Assembly (NCBI GenBank): GCA_041640455.1
Contig: JBEQAF010000008.1
Coordinates: 4,220 to 38,926 of the forward strand
DNA length: 34,707 bases
Reading direction: 5' to 3'
DNA from: a bacterium
GTDB lineage: Bacteria > CALINM01
Below, piece after piece: positions 1 through 8,499 of this stretch. The translations under genes were made by a program, and so were the position numbers. How positions within the stretch are numbered: the stretch's first letter is position 1; each line of letters begins with the position of its first letter. The notes beneath the pieces were generated by a model, which was not told the origin of the DNA, ran no database searches, and saw nothing but the letters and a program-made list of their open reading frames with translations.

Positions 1-17
1 CATAAAAGTTCTCCCCC
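1..17 (-). other. Probable start codon and RBS of a divergent gene running off the window edge
   Basis: Minus strand reads GGGGGAGAACTTTTATG, with ATG at 3..1; the rest of the gene is outside the window. Confidence 0.5.
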
Positions 18-154
18 AAAAATTTTTCTCATCAGTCAAAATTATTGATTAGTATGTCAATGATAACCCTTTTTAACTAATATACAATGTTATTCTAAGG
101 CTCTCTGGTTGTAAATCTTTTTAATTAAAACATAAAAAATTCAAAAAAAATATA

Positions 155-183
155 TTGACATTATACTGACCAGTCAGTATATT
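155..183 (+). promoter_or_regulatory. Sigma70 promoter with overlapping TetR-type operator
   Basis: TTGACA (155-160), 17 bp, TATATT (178-183); perfect inverted repeat TATACTGAC-CA-GTCAGTATA at 162-181. Confidence 0.85.
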
Positions 184-209
184 ATTAATTGTTGATAAAA
201 GGAGGTTTT

Positions 210-749
210 ATGAACATCAATCCTGAAACTAAAAACAATCTGATTAAGGCTGGCATAAGGCTTTTTGCATTAAATGATTACAGTGATATCTCTGTTGATC
301 AGATAGTATCGGAGGCTGAAATTAGTAAAGGCTCTTTCTACTACTACTTCAAAAGTAAAGAAGAGTTTTATAAGGCTATCCTCCAATATGCCTTTGACAA
401 TTTTATTAGTGTTTATAATGACCAGTCAAAACAAGCCCGAAATAATGAGGAGCTACTCTATGGCTTTATTAAGTCAGTTTTTATCTCCTACGAAAAGGAT
501 CGAAATATGTTTTTTCTTATCCAGAAAGAGCTTGTAAAGATAGTAACTGGTGAGAAAAGTGAATTTCTTGATTACCAGAAACAGATATTCCAAATACTTA
601 AAAATATACTCCCTAATAAAGAGGAGCTTTTATATTATCTAATTCTTGGCATAATAAGAAGTTCAATCATCTTTGAGATAGATACAAAATTAGGCACTGA
701 ATATGTTTTAAATAAGTCCTGGTTTTATATAAAAAAGCTCATAAATTAA
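210..749 (+). CDS. TetR/AcrR family transcriptional regulator
   Basis: N-terminal HTH ISVDQIVSEAEISKGSFYYYFKSKEE; start refined to ATG 210 after GGAGG (ORF track starts at 189). Confidence 0.9.
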   Translation: MNINPETKNNLIKAGIRLFALNDYSDISVDQIVSEAEISKGSFYYYFKSKEEFYKAILQYAFDNFISVYNDQSKQARNNEELLYGFIKSVFISYEKDRNMFFLIQKELVKIVTGEKSEFLDYQKQIFQILKNILPNKEELLYYLILGIIRSSIIFEIDTKLGTEYVLNKSWFYIKKLIN

Positions 750-769
750 GATTTAGCCAAGAGGTGATT

Positions 770-2047
770 ATGAAAAGATTATTATTTTTGATTGCTTTGT
801 TTTATCCTATTAGCAGTTTTGGTGCCGATTATGGTTATAATGAGCTTTTAACCCATTATTTAAAAAACAATAGAACAATAAGGGCTTTGAAAAACCAGTC
901 TGAGGCTAAGGATTTTCTTGTCAAAAAATTTGAGGCTCTCAGGTATCCCACTGTTGATTTAGATCTAAGCTACACACTGCTAAATGAAGAGCCTATGATG
1001 AAAACACCTACTGGTGGGCTTCCTGCTGGAGAAGATAAATACCTGAAAGGGCAGCTTATCCTTTCCTATATAATCTATGATTTCGGTAAGAGAGAAAGCA
1101 TTATAAATAGAGCTGTTCTGGACAAAGAGACTACAAATCTTTACATTAAAAAGGAGATAAATGACCAGAGTCTTAATCTGGGCAAGCTCTTTTATCAGAT
1201 AATCTCATTAAATGAAGCAAAGCGGGTCTATGAAGAAGAGCTACAGTCTCTGACCGAGCATAAAAAAAGAATAGATGCCTTTTTTGAAGAAGGACTGGTT
1301 ACCAAGAACGAGACATTACAGATAAATGTGGAGATAAACAACACGAGACAAAAGATTATAAAAACAGAGAACGAGATAGCAAATCTTAAAGAGAGTCTTA
1401 AACTGCTTACTGGTTTGGATGAGATTAACCATGTTACCGATGACCTAAAATTAGAAGAAAAAAATATAAATGCGGATCTCAATCCAGAAGATAGAGCGGA
1501 GGTACAGTTAGCAAAAAAGATTATTCATATTAAAGGACTTCAATTAAAGGATCTGGACAGCGACTTTTATCCAAGACTATATCTCGGTACAGGCATAAAC
1601 TATGAGCAGAACCGATACAGAATGGAAGACCATAACTATTTTCTTACCTTTGGTATAAAGCTTAATTTATACTCTGGAAACTCCACTACCAATGAGAGAT
1701 TCTCTCTGATAAAGGAGATCGAGGAGCAGAAAGAACGTCTGAACCTCGGTAAAGATATTATTAAAACTGAAACTCTTCAGGCTCTTAATGACCTGAAAAC
1801 AGCTGAAAATAAAGTTACTACAGCAAGAGAAGCTATCTCACAAACGGAAGAGAATCTTCGTATTCAGAAAGGAAAGTATGAGGAGCATCTTATTCCTGCA
1901 ACAGAGCTAATTGATGCAACTCTTTTAAACTCCCGTGCAAATCTTAACTATATTACAGCCCTATATGAATATAAGTTTGCCTATCTGAAACTACTCTGGG
2001 CAAAAGGAAAACTTGTTAATTTTTCGGGGGTAAAATATGACAAATAA
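770..2047 (+). CDS. TolC-family outer membrane efflux protein
   Basis: Signal peptide, YPTVDL and FYPRLYL repeats, coiled-coil helices; lies upstream of MFP and MFS genes; ATG 770 after GAGG. Confidence 0.85.
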   Translation: MKRLLFLIALFYPISSFGADYGYNELLTHYLKNNRTIRALKNQSEAKDFLVKKFEALRYPTVDLDLSYTLLNEEPMMKTPTGGLPAGEDKYLKGQLILSYIIYDFGKRESIINRAVLDKETTNLYIKKEINDQSLNLGKLFYQIISLNEAKRVYEEELQSLTEHKKRIDAFFEEGLVTKNETLQINVEINNTRQKIIKTENEIANLKESLKLLTGLDEINHVTDDLKLEEKNINADLNPEDRAEVQLAKKIIHIKGLQLKDLDSDFYPRLYLGTGINYEQNRYRMEDHNYFLTFGIKLNLYSGNSTTNERFSLIKEIEEQKERLNLGKDIIKTETLQALNDLKTAENKVTTAREAISQTEENLRIQKGKYEEHLIPATELIDATLLNSRANLNYITALYEYKFAYLKLLWAKGKLVNFSGVKYDK

Positions 2048-3056
2048 TCAGCCATTTAGCACGAAGAAAAGAAAAATAATTTTCATAATACTTTTCCTAT
2101 TCATACTTACAGCTTCATTGTTCTCCTATTACATTTATAAGGAGAAAAAGGGATACGTAAAGACTGACAATGCTTACGTTAAGGAAGATTTTACCATGGT
2201 TGCTTCAAAAGTAGGAGGTACTGTTACGGCTGTTCATGTAAAGGACAACGATTATGTCAAAAAGGGCACCTTGCTATTCGAGATAGATCCGAGAGATTAC
2301 GAGGTAAAGGTAGAGCAGGCAAAGATGGCTGTTTATGAAGCCAGAAACCGTATTGAAGAGCTTAAGTCCAAAACAAAAGAGGTAGATGCTCTTATAGAGA
2401 TGAGAAAGGCAGAGCTTAACAAAGCAGAGCTTGACCTTAATAGGGTCAGAAGACTTTACGAAAAGTCTCTTGTGCCAAAAGACCAGCTTGAAAAGGCAGA
2501 AACTTATTATAAGATGGTCAATGAAAACCTGAACTCCACATTAAGACAGAAAGAAACCATACTGGCAGGCATAGGCAGAAAGATTGAGGGTGAGGAAGCA
2601 GCCATAAAAAGAAACGAAAAGATATTGAAAGAAGCTACCCAATACCTTAGCTATTCAAAGGTATATGCCCCTCAGGATGGTTATATTGCGAGAAAGAACG
2701 TGGAGATTGGAAATGTAATCCACCCTGCTCAGCCCGTGATGGCAATCGTGCCATTAAAAAACTTTTTCATAGAAGCCAACTTTAAAGAGACAGAGGTAGG
2801 AATAATTAAAGAAGGTGATCCGGCAGAAATTAAGATTGACATATATCCGGATCTAAAACTTAAAGGTGTGGTGGAAAGCATATCGCCTGGAACAGGCGTG
2901 GTGTTCTCGCTGCTTCCACCTGAAAACGCCACTGGAAACTGGATAAAGGTAGTCCAGAGAGTTCCTGTAAGAATAAAAATTCTAAACCTTCCAGAGGATA
3001 GAAGGTTAAGACTGGGGCTATCCTGTGAAGTTAAGGTAAAAGCAGAGAAAAAATAA
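2037..3056 (+). CDS. emrA: EmrA/HlyD-family membrane fusion protein
   Basis: N-terminal TM, TDNAYV, ANFKET, FSLLPPENATGNWIKVVQRVPVRI. Confidence 0.92.
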   Translation: MTNNQPFSTKKRKIIFIILFLFILTASLFSYYIYKEKKGYVKTDNAYVKEDFTMVASKVGGTVTAVHVKDNDYVKKGTLLFEIDPRDYEVKVEQAKMAVYEARNRIEELKSKTKEVDALIEMRKAELNKAELDLNRVRRLYEKSLVPKDQLEKAETYYKMVNENLNSTLRQKETILAGIGRKIEGEEAAIKRNEKILKEATQYLSYSKVYAPQDGYIARKNVEIGNVIHPAQPVMAIVPLKNFFIEANFKETEVGIIKEGDPAEIKIDIYPDLKLKGVVESISPGTGVVFSLLPPENATGNWIKVVQRVPVRIKILNLPEDRRLRLGLSCEVKVKAEKK

Positions 3057-3105
3057 CCCCTTTTTAGGGCTTAATTTTTACTATAACCATTACTTAAAAA
3101 AATTT

Positions 3106-4644
3106 ATGAACTGGTTTAGATTAGCTTTTATAACCCTTGCCGCCATGTTAGGCACCTTTATGGAGGTGCTGGACACCACTATTGTAAATGTTGCCATACC
3201 CCATGTGGCAGGGAATCTTTCTGTTAGCACCGATGAGGCCACATGGGTTATCACATCCTATCTTGTGGCAAATGCCATTGTCCTGCCAATTACCCCCTGG
3301 CTTGCAGGCATCATTGGCAGAAAAAGACTTTTTATGCTCTGCATATTAACCTTTACAGCAAGCTCATTTCTGTGCGGCATTGCACCCAATCTGGAGACTC
3401 TTATTATCGCAAGAATACTGCAGGGGCTGGGTGGTGGTGGGCTTCAACCTATTGAACAGGCAATTCTTCTTGAGGCTTATCCGCCTGAGAAAAGAGGGCT
3501 TGCAATGGCTTTTTACGGACTTGTAGTGGTAATCGCACCGGTCCTTGGACCCATTGTAGGTGGCTGGATTACAGATAACTACAGCTGGAGATGGTCATTT
3601 TTTATTAACCTTCCCATAGGTTTGCTATCTTTTATACTAATCTATCTTTTTATCGAAGATCCGCCATATCTTAAGAGAATTAAAACCTCCTTTGATTTTA
3701 TAGGGCTTTTTCTGCTCGCTTTATGTCTGGGGACTCTTCAGTTTATTCTTGATAAAGGAGAAAGAGAAGACTGGTTTAACTCTGACCTGATTATCTATTT
3801 CAGTATTATCTGCGCCATATCGGGCTTCTTTTTCCTTGCATGGGAGCGGAAAGAAAAGGAACCTGTTGTAGATCTATCGTTGCTTAAAAACTGGAATTTT
3901 TTTCTTGCCCTTATATTTATAACCATATTGGGAGTGGTGCTTTATGGCAGTATTACCCTTGTACCAGTAATGCTTCAGAATCTTGCAGGCTATGACGCCT
4001 TCACAGCAGGGCTTGTTCTTGGAACAGGTGGTATAGGCGGATTTATAAGCATGTTCCTGACAGCCCGTCTTATTACGAGAATCGACGGCAAATTCTTGAT
4101 TTTGATAGGAGTTTTTCTACATTATATATCTATGGTAATTATGTCATCACTGAATCTGGATGCCAGCTTTTTTCAGTTCTGCATTCCAAGATTTATTCAG
4201 GGGCTATCTCTGGGCTTTCTTTTTATTCCTATCTCGGTTGCATCTGTAGCCTATCTGCCAAAAGAAAAAATAGGAAGTGCCACTGGATTATATAATCTTA
4301 TGAGAAATATCGGCGGCAGTATAGGGATTGCAATGGTTATGACCCTCCTAAATAGAAGGGCTCAGTATCACCAGACCATGCTTGTTGACAATCTGCATCA
4401 GTTTAATCAAAAACTTGCGTATACTGTAGATTCTCTGACCGGATGGCTTAAAATCAAAATTATCAATATTCCAGGTTATGAAAAACTGTTAAGTTACAAT
4501 CTTTTAACTCTTGAGGTACAGAAACAGGCATATCTAAAATCTTTTTTAGATAATTTTCATCTTTTTTCCTATCTGACATTAATAATCGGCTTTGCCTTTC
4601 TGCTGAAAAAAACTCCCAAAGGTAAAGACATAAGTCTTCATTAA
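3106..4644 (+). CDS. emrB: DHA2 (EmrB/QacA) MFS efflux permease
   Basis: FMEVLDTTIVNVAIP, WVITSYLVANAI, GPIVGGWITDNYSWRWSFFINLPIG, RNIGGSIG. Confidence 0.93.
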   Translation: MNWFRLAFITLAAMLGTFMEVLDTTIVNVAIPHVAGNLSVSTDEATWVITSYLVANAIVLPITPWLAGIIGRKRLFMLCILTFTASSFLCGIAPNLETLIIARILQGLGGGGLQPIEQAILLEAYPPEKRGLAMAFYGLVVVIAPVLGPIVGGWITDNYSWRWSFFINLPIGLLSFILIYLFIEDPPYLKRIKTSFDFIGLFLLALCLGTLQFILDKGEREDWFNSDLIIYFSIICAISGFFFLAWERKEKEPVVDLSLLKNWNFFLALIFITILGVVLYGSITLVPVMLQNLAGYDAFTAGLVLGTGGIGGFISMFLTARLITRIDGKFLILIGVFLHYISMVIMSSLNLDASFFQFCIPRFIQGLSLGFLFIPISVASVAYLPKEKIGSATGLYNLMRNIGGSIGIAMVMTLLNRRAQYHQTMLVDNLHQFNQKLAYTVDSLTGWLKIKIINIPGYEKLLSYNLLTLEVQKQAYLKSFLDNFHLFSYLTLIIGFAFLLKKTPKGKDISLH

Positions 4645-4655
4645 ACCCTTTTAGA

Positions 4656-4684
4656 TTTACAAGGGCTGTAGCATTATTTATAAT
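4656..4684 (+). promoter_or_regulatory. Sigma70 promoter for the pfkA-plsC-rnhA-U32 cluster
   Basis: TTTACA (4656-4661), 17 bp, TATAAT (4679-4684); GGAGG RBS downstream. Confidence 0.7.
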
Positions 4685-4711
4685 TGTTTTAGCAACTTTT
4701 GGGAGGTTTTT

Positions 4712-5806
4712 ATGGGCAAAGGATTAAAAATAGCTATAAACACTGGCGGAGGTGATGCACCCGGGCTAAACGCAGTTATAAAGGCGGTTGTAATGGCAGC
4801 AGACCACAGAGGCTGGGATGTTTATGGGATAAAAAATGGCTATCTTGGACTACTGGATACTGATGAGATTATTCATCTTACGCCTTCAACGGTTAATCAC
4901 ATTGCAAGTCTGGGTGGTACTATACTGGGGACTACAAATAAAGGCAATCCTTTCAAGATGCCGGTAAAAAATATTGCCGGTGAGATAGAGGTTAAGGATG
5001 TTTCTGATAAAATTGTTGAAAACTTCAAAAGGCTTAAATTTGACTGTCTTGTTGCTGTTGGAGGTGACGGAAGCTTAAAGATAGCTTATGAGCTTTACAA
5101 AAAAGGTATTCCCGTAGTGGGAGTACCAAAAACCATAGACAACGACCTGGAAGGCACTATTATCACCTTTGGATTTGATACAGCAGTGAGTATTGCCACA
5201 GAAGCCATTGACAGGCTTCACTCAACCGCCAAATCTCATGACCGGGTTATGGTAGTGGAGGTGATGGGTAGATACGCTGGCTGGATAGCATTAAACAGCG
5301 GTATCTCTGGCTCTGCTGATGTAATATTAATTCCAGAGATCCCCTTTGAAATAGATAAAATATGTGAGCATATAATGGAGAAGGAGCTAAAAGGTCAGAA
5401 ATATGCCATAGTTGTTGCCGCTGAAGGCGCAAAACCAAAGGGTGGGGATTATATTCATAAAGGCGAAGGAGAATTAGGTCGTCAGGAGATAGTGTTGGGT
5501 GGTATTGCCGAATATGTTGCAAAGGAGATAGCCCGTAAAACTGGAAAAGATACAAGATCTCTGGTTCTCGGACATCTTCAGAGAGGTGGTTCGCCAACTA
5601 CTTTTGACAGACTGCTTGCACTGAGGTTTGGCTCAGCTGCAGTCAGATATATTGAAAAAAGGCAGTTTGGTACTATGGTAGCATCAGATCCGCCAAAAAT
5701 TAAAGCCATTCCGCTTGAAGATGTGGTTGGTAAGATAAGACAGGTACAGCCAGATAGTGACACGGTATTAACAGCAAGAGATATAGGCATTTCATTTGGA
5801 GATTAG
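4712..5806 (+). CDS. pfkA: 6-phosphofructokinase (PfkA family, probably ATP-dependent)
   Basis: TGGGDAPGLN, GGTILGT, GGDGS, PKTIDND, EVMGR, LGHLQRGG; GGDG rather than GGDD favours ATP over PPi. Confidence 0.93.
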   Translation: MGKGLKIAINTGGGDAPGLNAVIKAVVMAADHRGWDVYGIKNGYLGLLDTDEIIHLTPSTVNHIASLGGTILGTTNKGNPFKMPVKNIAGEIEVKDVSDKIVENFKRLKFDCLVAVGGDGSLKIAYELYKKGIPVVGVPKTIDNDLEGTIITFGFDTAVSIATEAIDRLHSTAKSHDRVMVVEVMGRYAGWIALNSGISGSADVILIPEIPFEIDKICEHIMEKELKGQKYAIVVAAEGAKPKGGDYIHKGEGELGRQEIVLGGIAEYVAKEIARKTGKDTRSLVLGHLQRGGSPTTFDRLLALRFGSAAVRYIEKRQFGTMVASDPPKIKAIPLEDVVGKIRQVQPDSDTVLTARDIGISFGD

Positions 5807-5807
5807 A

Positions 5808-6602
5808 ATGGATTTGGGGCTTAGATATCAGAATGGCAGTTACTGCACAAAAGAAAAAGGTTCTGTTCTTTTTCCTTCCTTTCTTTTTTATAAAAGCTTA
5901 ATCCCCATAATCATTAGAGCCAGCAAAAAGGCAAAAAAAAATAATTATAGCTATGAGGAGTGGGTAGAAAGTAGTCTAAGAGTTGTAAAAGGACTTGAAA
6001 ATGTAGGAGTAAAATTTCATATTGACGGTATAGATAATATCAAACTACTTGATGGCAAACCTGCAGTTATCATCGCAAATCATATGAGCACTCTTGAGAC
6101 CTTCGCCTTAGCAGGTATACTTTATCCCCATCTAAGAATAACTTTTGTGGTGAAAAAAGAGCTATTAGAGATTCCTGTATTTAAGCATATTATGATATCA
6201 AGAAACCCTGTAGCAGTTACCAGAGAGAACCCAAGAGAAGATCTAAAAAAGGTTCTCGAAGAGGGCACTAAAAGAATTCGGGAAGGCTATTCAGTGGTTA
6301 TTTTTCCTCAGACCACAAGACTTTATGAGTTTGACGTAAAAGAGTTTAACTCCATAGGTGTAAAACTTGCAAAAAAAGCAGAGACTGCCATTCTGCCTTT
6401 AGCCCTAAAAACAGATGCCTGGCAACAGGGAAAGCTTATAAAAGATTTTGGTAAAATAAACCCAAATAAGGAGGTTTACTTTATCTTTGGTAGACCAGTT
6501 CAGGTTAAAGGTTCAGGACAGGAAGAACATAAAGAGGTTACCAGATTTATTTCGGAAAATCTTACAAAACTCAACGTTCCTGTAAAAAATCCTAATGGAT
6601 AA
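5808..6602 (+). CDS. plsC: 1-acyl-sn-glycerol-3-phosphate acyltransferase family protein
   Basis: NHMSTLE (variant of NHxSxxD), FVVKKEL, IFPQTTR; ATG 5808 after GGAG. Confidence 0.82.
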   Translation: MDLGLRYQNGSYCTKEKGSVLFPSFLFYKSLIPIIIRASKKAKKNNYSYEEWVESSLRVVKGLENVGVKFHIDGIDNIKLLDGKPAVIIANHMSTLETFALAGILYPHLRITFVVKKELLEIPVFKHIMISRNPVAVTRENPREDLKKVLEEGTKRIREGYSVVIFPQTTRLYEFDVKEFNSIGVKLAKKAETAILPLALKTDAWQQGKLIKDFGKINPNKEVYFIFGRPVQVKGSGQEEHKEVTRFISENLTKLNVPVKNPNG

Positions 6603-7050
6603 AAAAGAAAAGATTGTGGAAATTTTTGCTGATGGTGCATGCAGTGGCAATCCTGGGGTTGGCGGCTGGTGCAGCATATTAAGATATGGTGACTCAGAAA
6701 AGATCATCAAAGGAGGAGAAAGGCTCACCACCAATAACAGGATGGAACTCACTGCAGCAATAGAATCTCTAAGACTTCTTAAAAGAAGCTGTAAGGTTAA
6801 GCTTTATTCCGACTCCATTTATCTGGTAAAGGGGGCTAAAGAATGGCTTCCGAGGTGGATAAAGAATAACTGGAAAAACTCCCAGAAAAAGGAGGTTGAA
6901 AACCGAGATCTCTGGGAACAGCTCTATGAGCTTTCGAAGAAGCATCGCATTGACTGGGAATGGGTAAAAGGTCATAGCGGACATGAGAAAAACGAGCTAT
7001 GCGACAGGATTGCAAAGCAAGAGATAGAAAGGATTAAAGAAGGTGAATAA
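6595..7050 (+). CDS. rnhA: Ribonuclease HI
   Basis: DGACSGNPG, TTNNRMEL, DS, NRDLW, WVKGHSGHEKNELCD. Confidence 0.96.
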   Translation: MDKKEKIVEIFADGACSGNPGVGGWCSILRYGDSEKIIKGGERLTTNNRMELTAAIESLRLLKRSCKVKLYSDSIYLVKGAKEWLPRWIKNNWKNSQKKEVENRDLWEQLYELSKKHRIDWEWVKGHSGHEKNELCDRIAKQEIERIKEGE

Positions 7051-8251
7051 AAAGCCAGAGCTTCTTGCACCGGCAGGCGACAGGGAAAAGCTTGATTTTG
7101 CTATCCATTATGGAGCCGATGCGGTATATCTTGGGCTTAAAGATTTCAGTCTGAGAGGAAATATAAAGGGTTTTAACAGTCAGAATATATCCGATGCATT
7201 TGATTACTGTAGAAAGAATAACAAAAAAGTCTACGTGACGGTTAATATCTTCCCCCATAACAATGATCTAAAAAAGATTGAAAAACATCTTGAGATTTTG
7301 GGTCAGCTAAAACCTGATGGGATTATCATATCCGATATAGGTGTGTTAAACATAAGAAACAGGGTTTGTAAGGATATCCCCGTACACATTAGCACTCAGG
7401 CAAATATTACCAATTATGAATCGGCTTTATTTTATCAGGATCTTGGGGCAAAAAGGCTGATTCTTTCAAGAGAGCTTTCTCTGAAAGAGCTTGAAAAAAT
7501 TAGAAATAAAGTGTCCATTGAGCTTGAGATATTTATTCACGGAGCCATCTGCATATCCTATTCAGGCAGATGTTATCTTAGCAGCTTTTTAACTTACAGA
7601 AGTGCAAACAAGGGGCTATGCACCCACCCCTGCAGATGGAAATACGTGCTTGGTGAAGAAAAAAGACCGGGCGAGTATTTTCCTGTTTTTGAAGATGACA
7701 GAGGTGCCTACATAATGAACTCTAAGGACCTATGTCTTGTAGAATACCTCCCAGAGCTTATAAATATTGGCATTGACAGCTTTAAGATTGAAGGCAGAAT
7801 GAAGGGGATTAATTATCTTTCTGGAGTAACCCATGTATATAGAAAAGCTATAGACGCCATTTTAAACAAAGCTGAGTTCAAAAAAGATGAGTATTTAAAA
7901 GAGCTACTTAGTTTTTCAAGCAGAGGTTTTACAACAGGTATGCTACTTGGAAAGCAGAAGTTTTACGACTACAATTTTGATGATAGATCTTCAAAGATGA
8001 AAACCCAGCTTGTTGGGATTGTGAAGAAAAAAATATCTTCCACCAGGGCAGAGGTAGCAGTAAAGGCAAACTTAAAAAAGGGGGAGGAGATATATTTTCT
8101 TACCCCTCAACATGAAAATACCCCCTTTAAGATTTCCAGTATGGAAAGAGAGGGAGAATCCGTTGAGATCGCAAGAAATGATATGATTATATCAATGGAG
8201 GTTCCCTCATACGTGAGAGAGCTGGATATAGCAAGAAAGTTTATTGAATAA
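7043..8251 (+). CDS. Peptidase U32 family protein (TrhP/YegQ-like, probable tRNA hydroxylation)
   Basis: ELLAPAG, GADAVY, HISTQ, HGAICISYSGRC, CTHPCR, FKIEGRMK. Confidence 0.88.
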   Translation: MNKKPELLAPAGDREKLDFAIHYGADAVYLGLKDFSLRGNIKGFNSQNISDAFDYCRKNNKKVYVTVNIFPHNNDLKKIEKHLEILGQLKPDGIIISDIGVLNIRNRVCKDIPVHISTQANITNYESALFYQDLGAKRLILSRELSLKELEKIRNKVSIELEIFIHGAICISYSGRCYLSSFLTYRSANKGLCTHPCRWKYVLGEEKRPGEYFPVFEDDRGAYIMNSKDLCLVEYLPELINIGIDSFKIEGRMKGINYLSGVTHVYRKAIDAILNKAEFKKDEYLKELLSFSSRGFTTGMLLGKQKFYDYNFDDRSSKMKTQLVGIVKKKISSTRAEVAVKANLKKGEEIYFLTPQHENTPFKISSMEREGESVEIARNDMIISMEVPSYVRELDIARKFIE

Positions 8252-8267
8252 TTATTTCTTGACATTC

Positions 8268-8296
8268 TTGACAACCTGTCTCATAGTCTGTAAAAT
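8268..8296 (+). promoter_or_regulatory. Sigma70 promoter for the small ORF at 8326
   Basis: TTGACA (8268-8273), 17 bp, TAAAAT (8291-8296). Confidence 0.7.
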
Positions 8297-8325
8297 TTGA
8301 TAAAATCTGAAAGGAACAATTTAGC

Positions 8326-8487
8326 ATGGGTGAACTTTCATGTCCCAGATGTTTTGGTACAGCAGAAGGTGGCAGAGGTTGTCTTATCTGGATACTGGTA
8401 ATACTGCTCTTTCCCATAGGGCTGATACTGCTGCTACTTAAGCCCACTTATAAATGTAAAAGCTGTGGTTATATGTTTAAAGCCTGA
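8326..8487 (+). CDS. 53-aa LITAF/BRI3-like zinc-ribbon membrane protein (absent from the ORF track)
   Basis: Manual translation MGELSCPRCFGTAEGGRGCLIWILVILLFPIGLILLLLKPTYKCKSCGYMFKA; CxxC, hydrophobic stretch, CxxC; AAGGA RBS; own promoter; fills the intergenic gap. Confidence 0.8.
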   Translation: MGELSCPRCFGTAEGGRGCLIWILVILLFPIGLILLLLKPTYKCKSCGYMFKA

Positions 8488-8499
8488 TTTGTAAAAAGA

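Noticed and set aside
8241..8447. 68-aa minus-strand ORF
   Set aside because: Antisense shadow of the better supported 53-aa + strand gene, which has a promoter, RBS and motif
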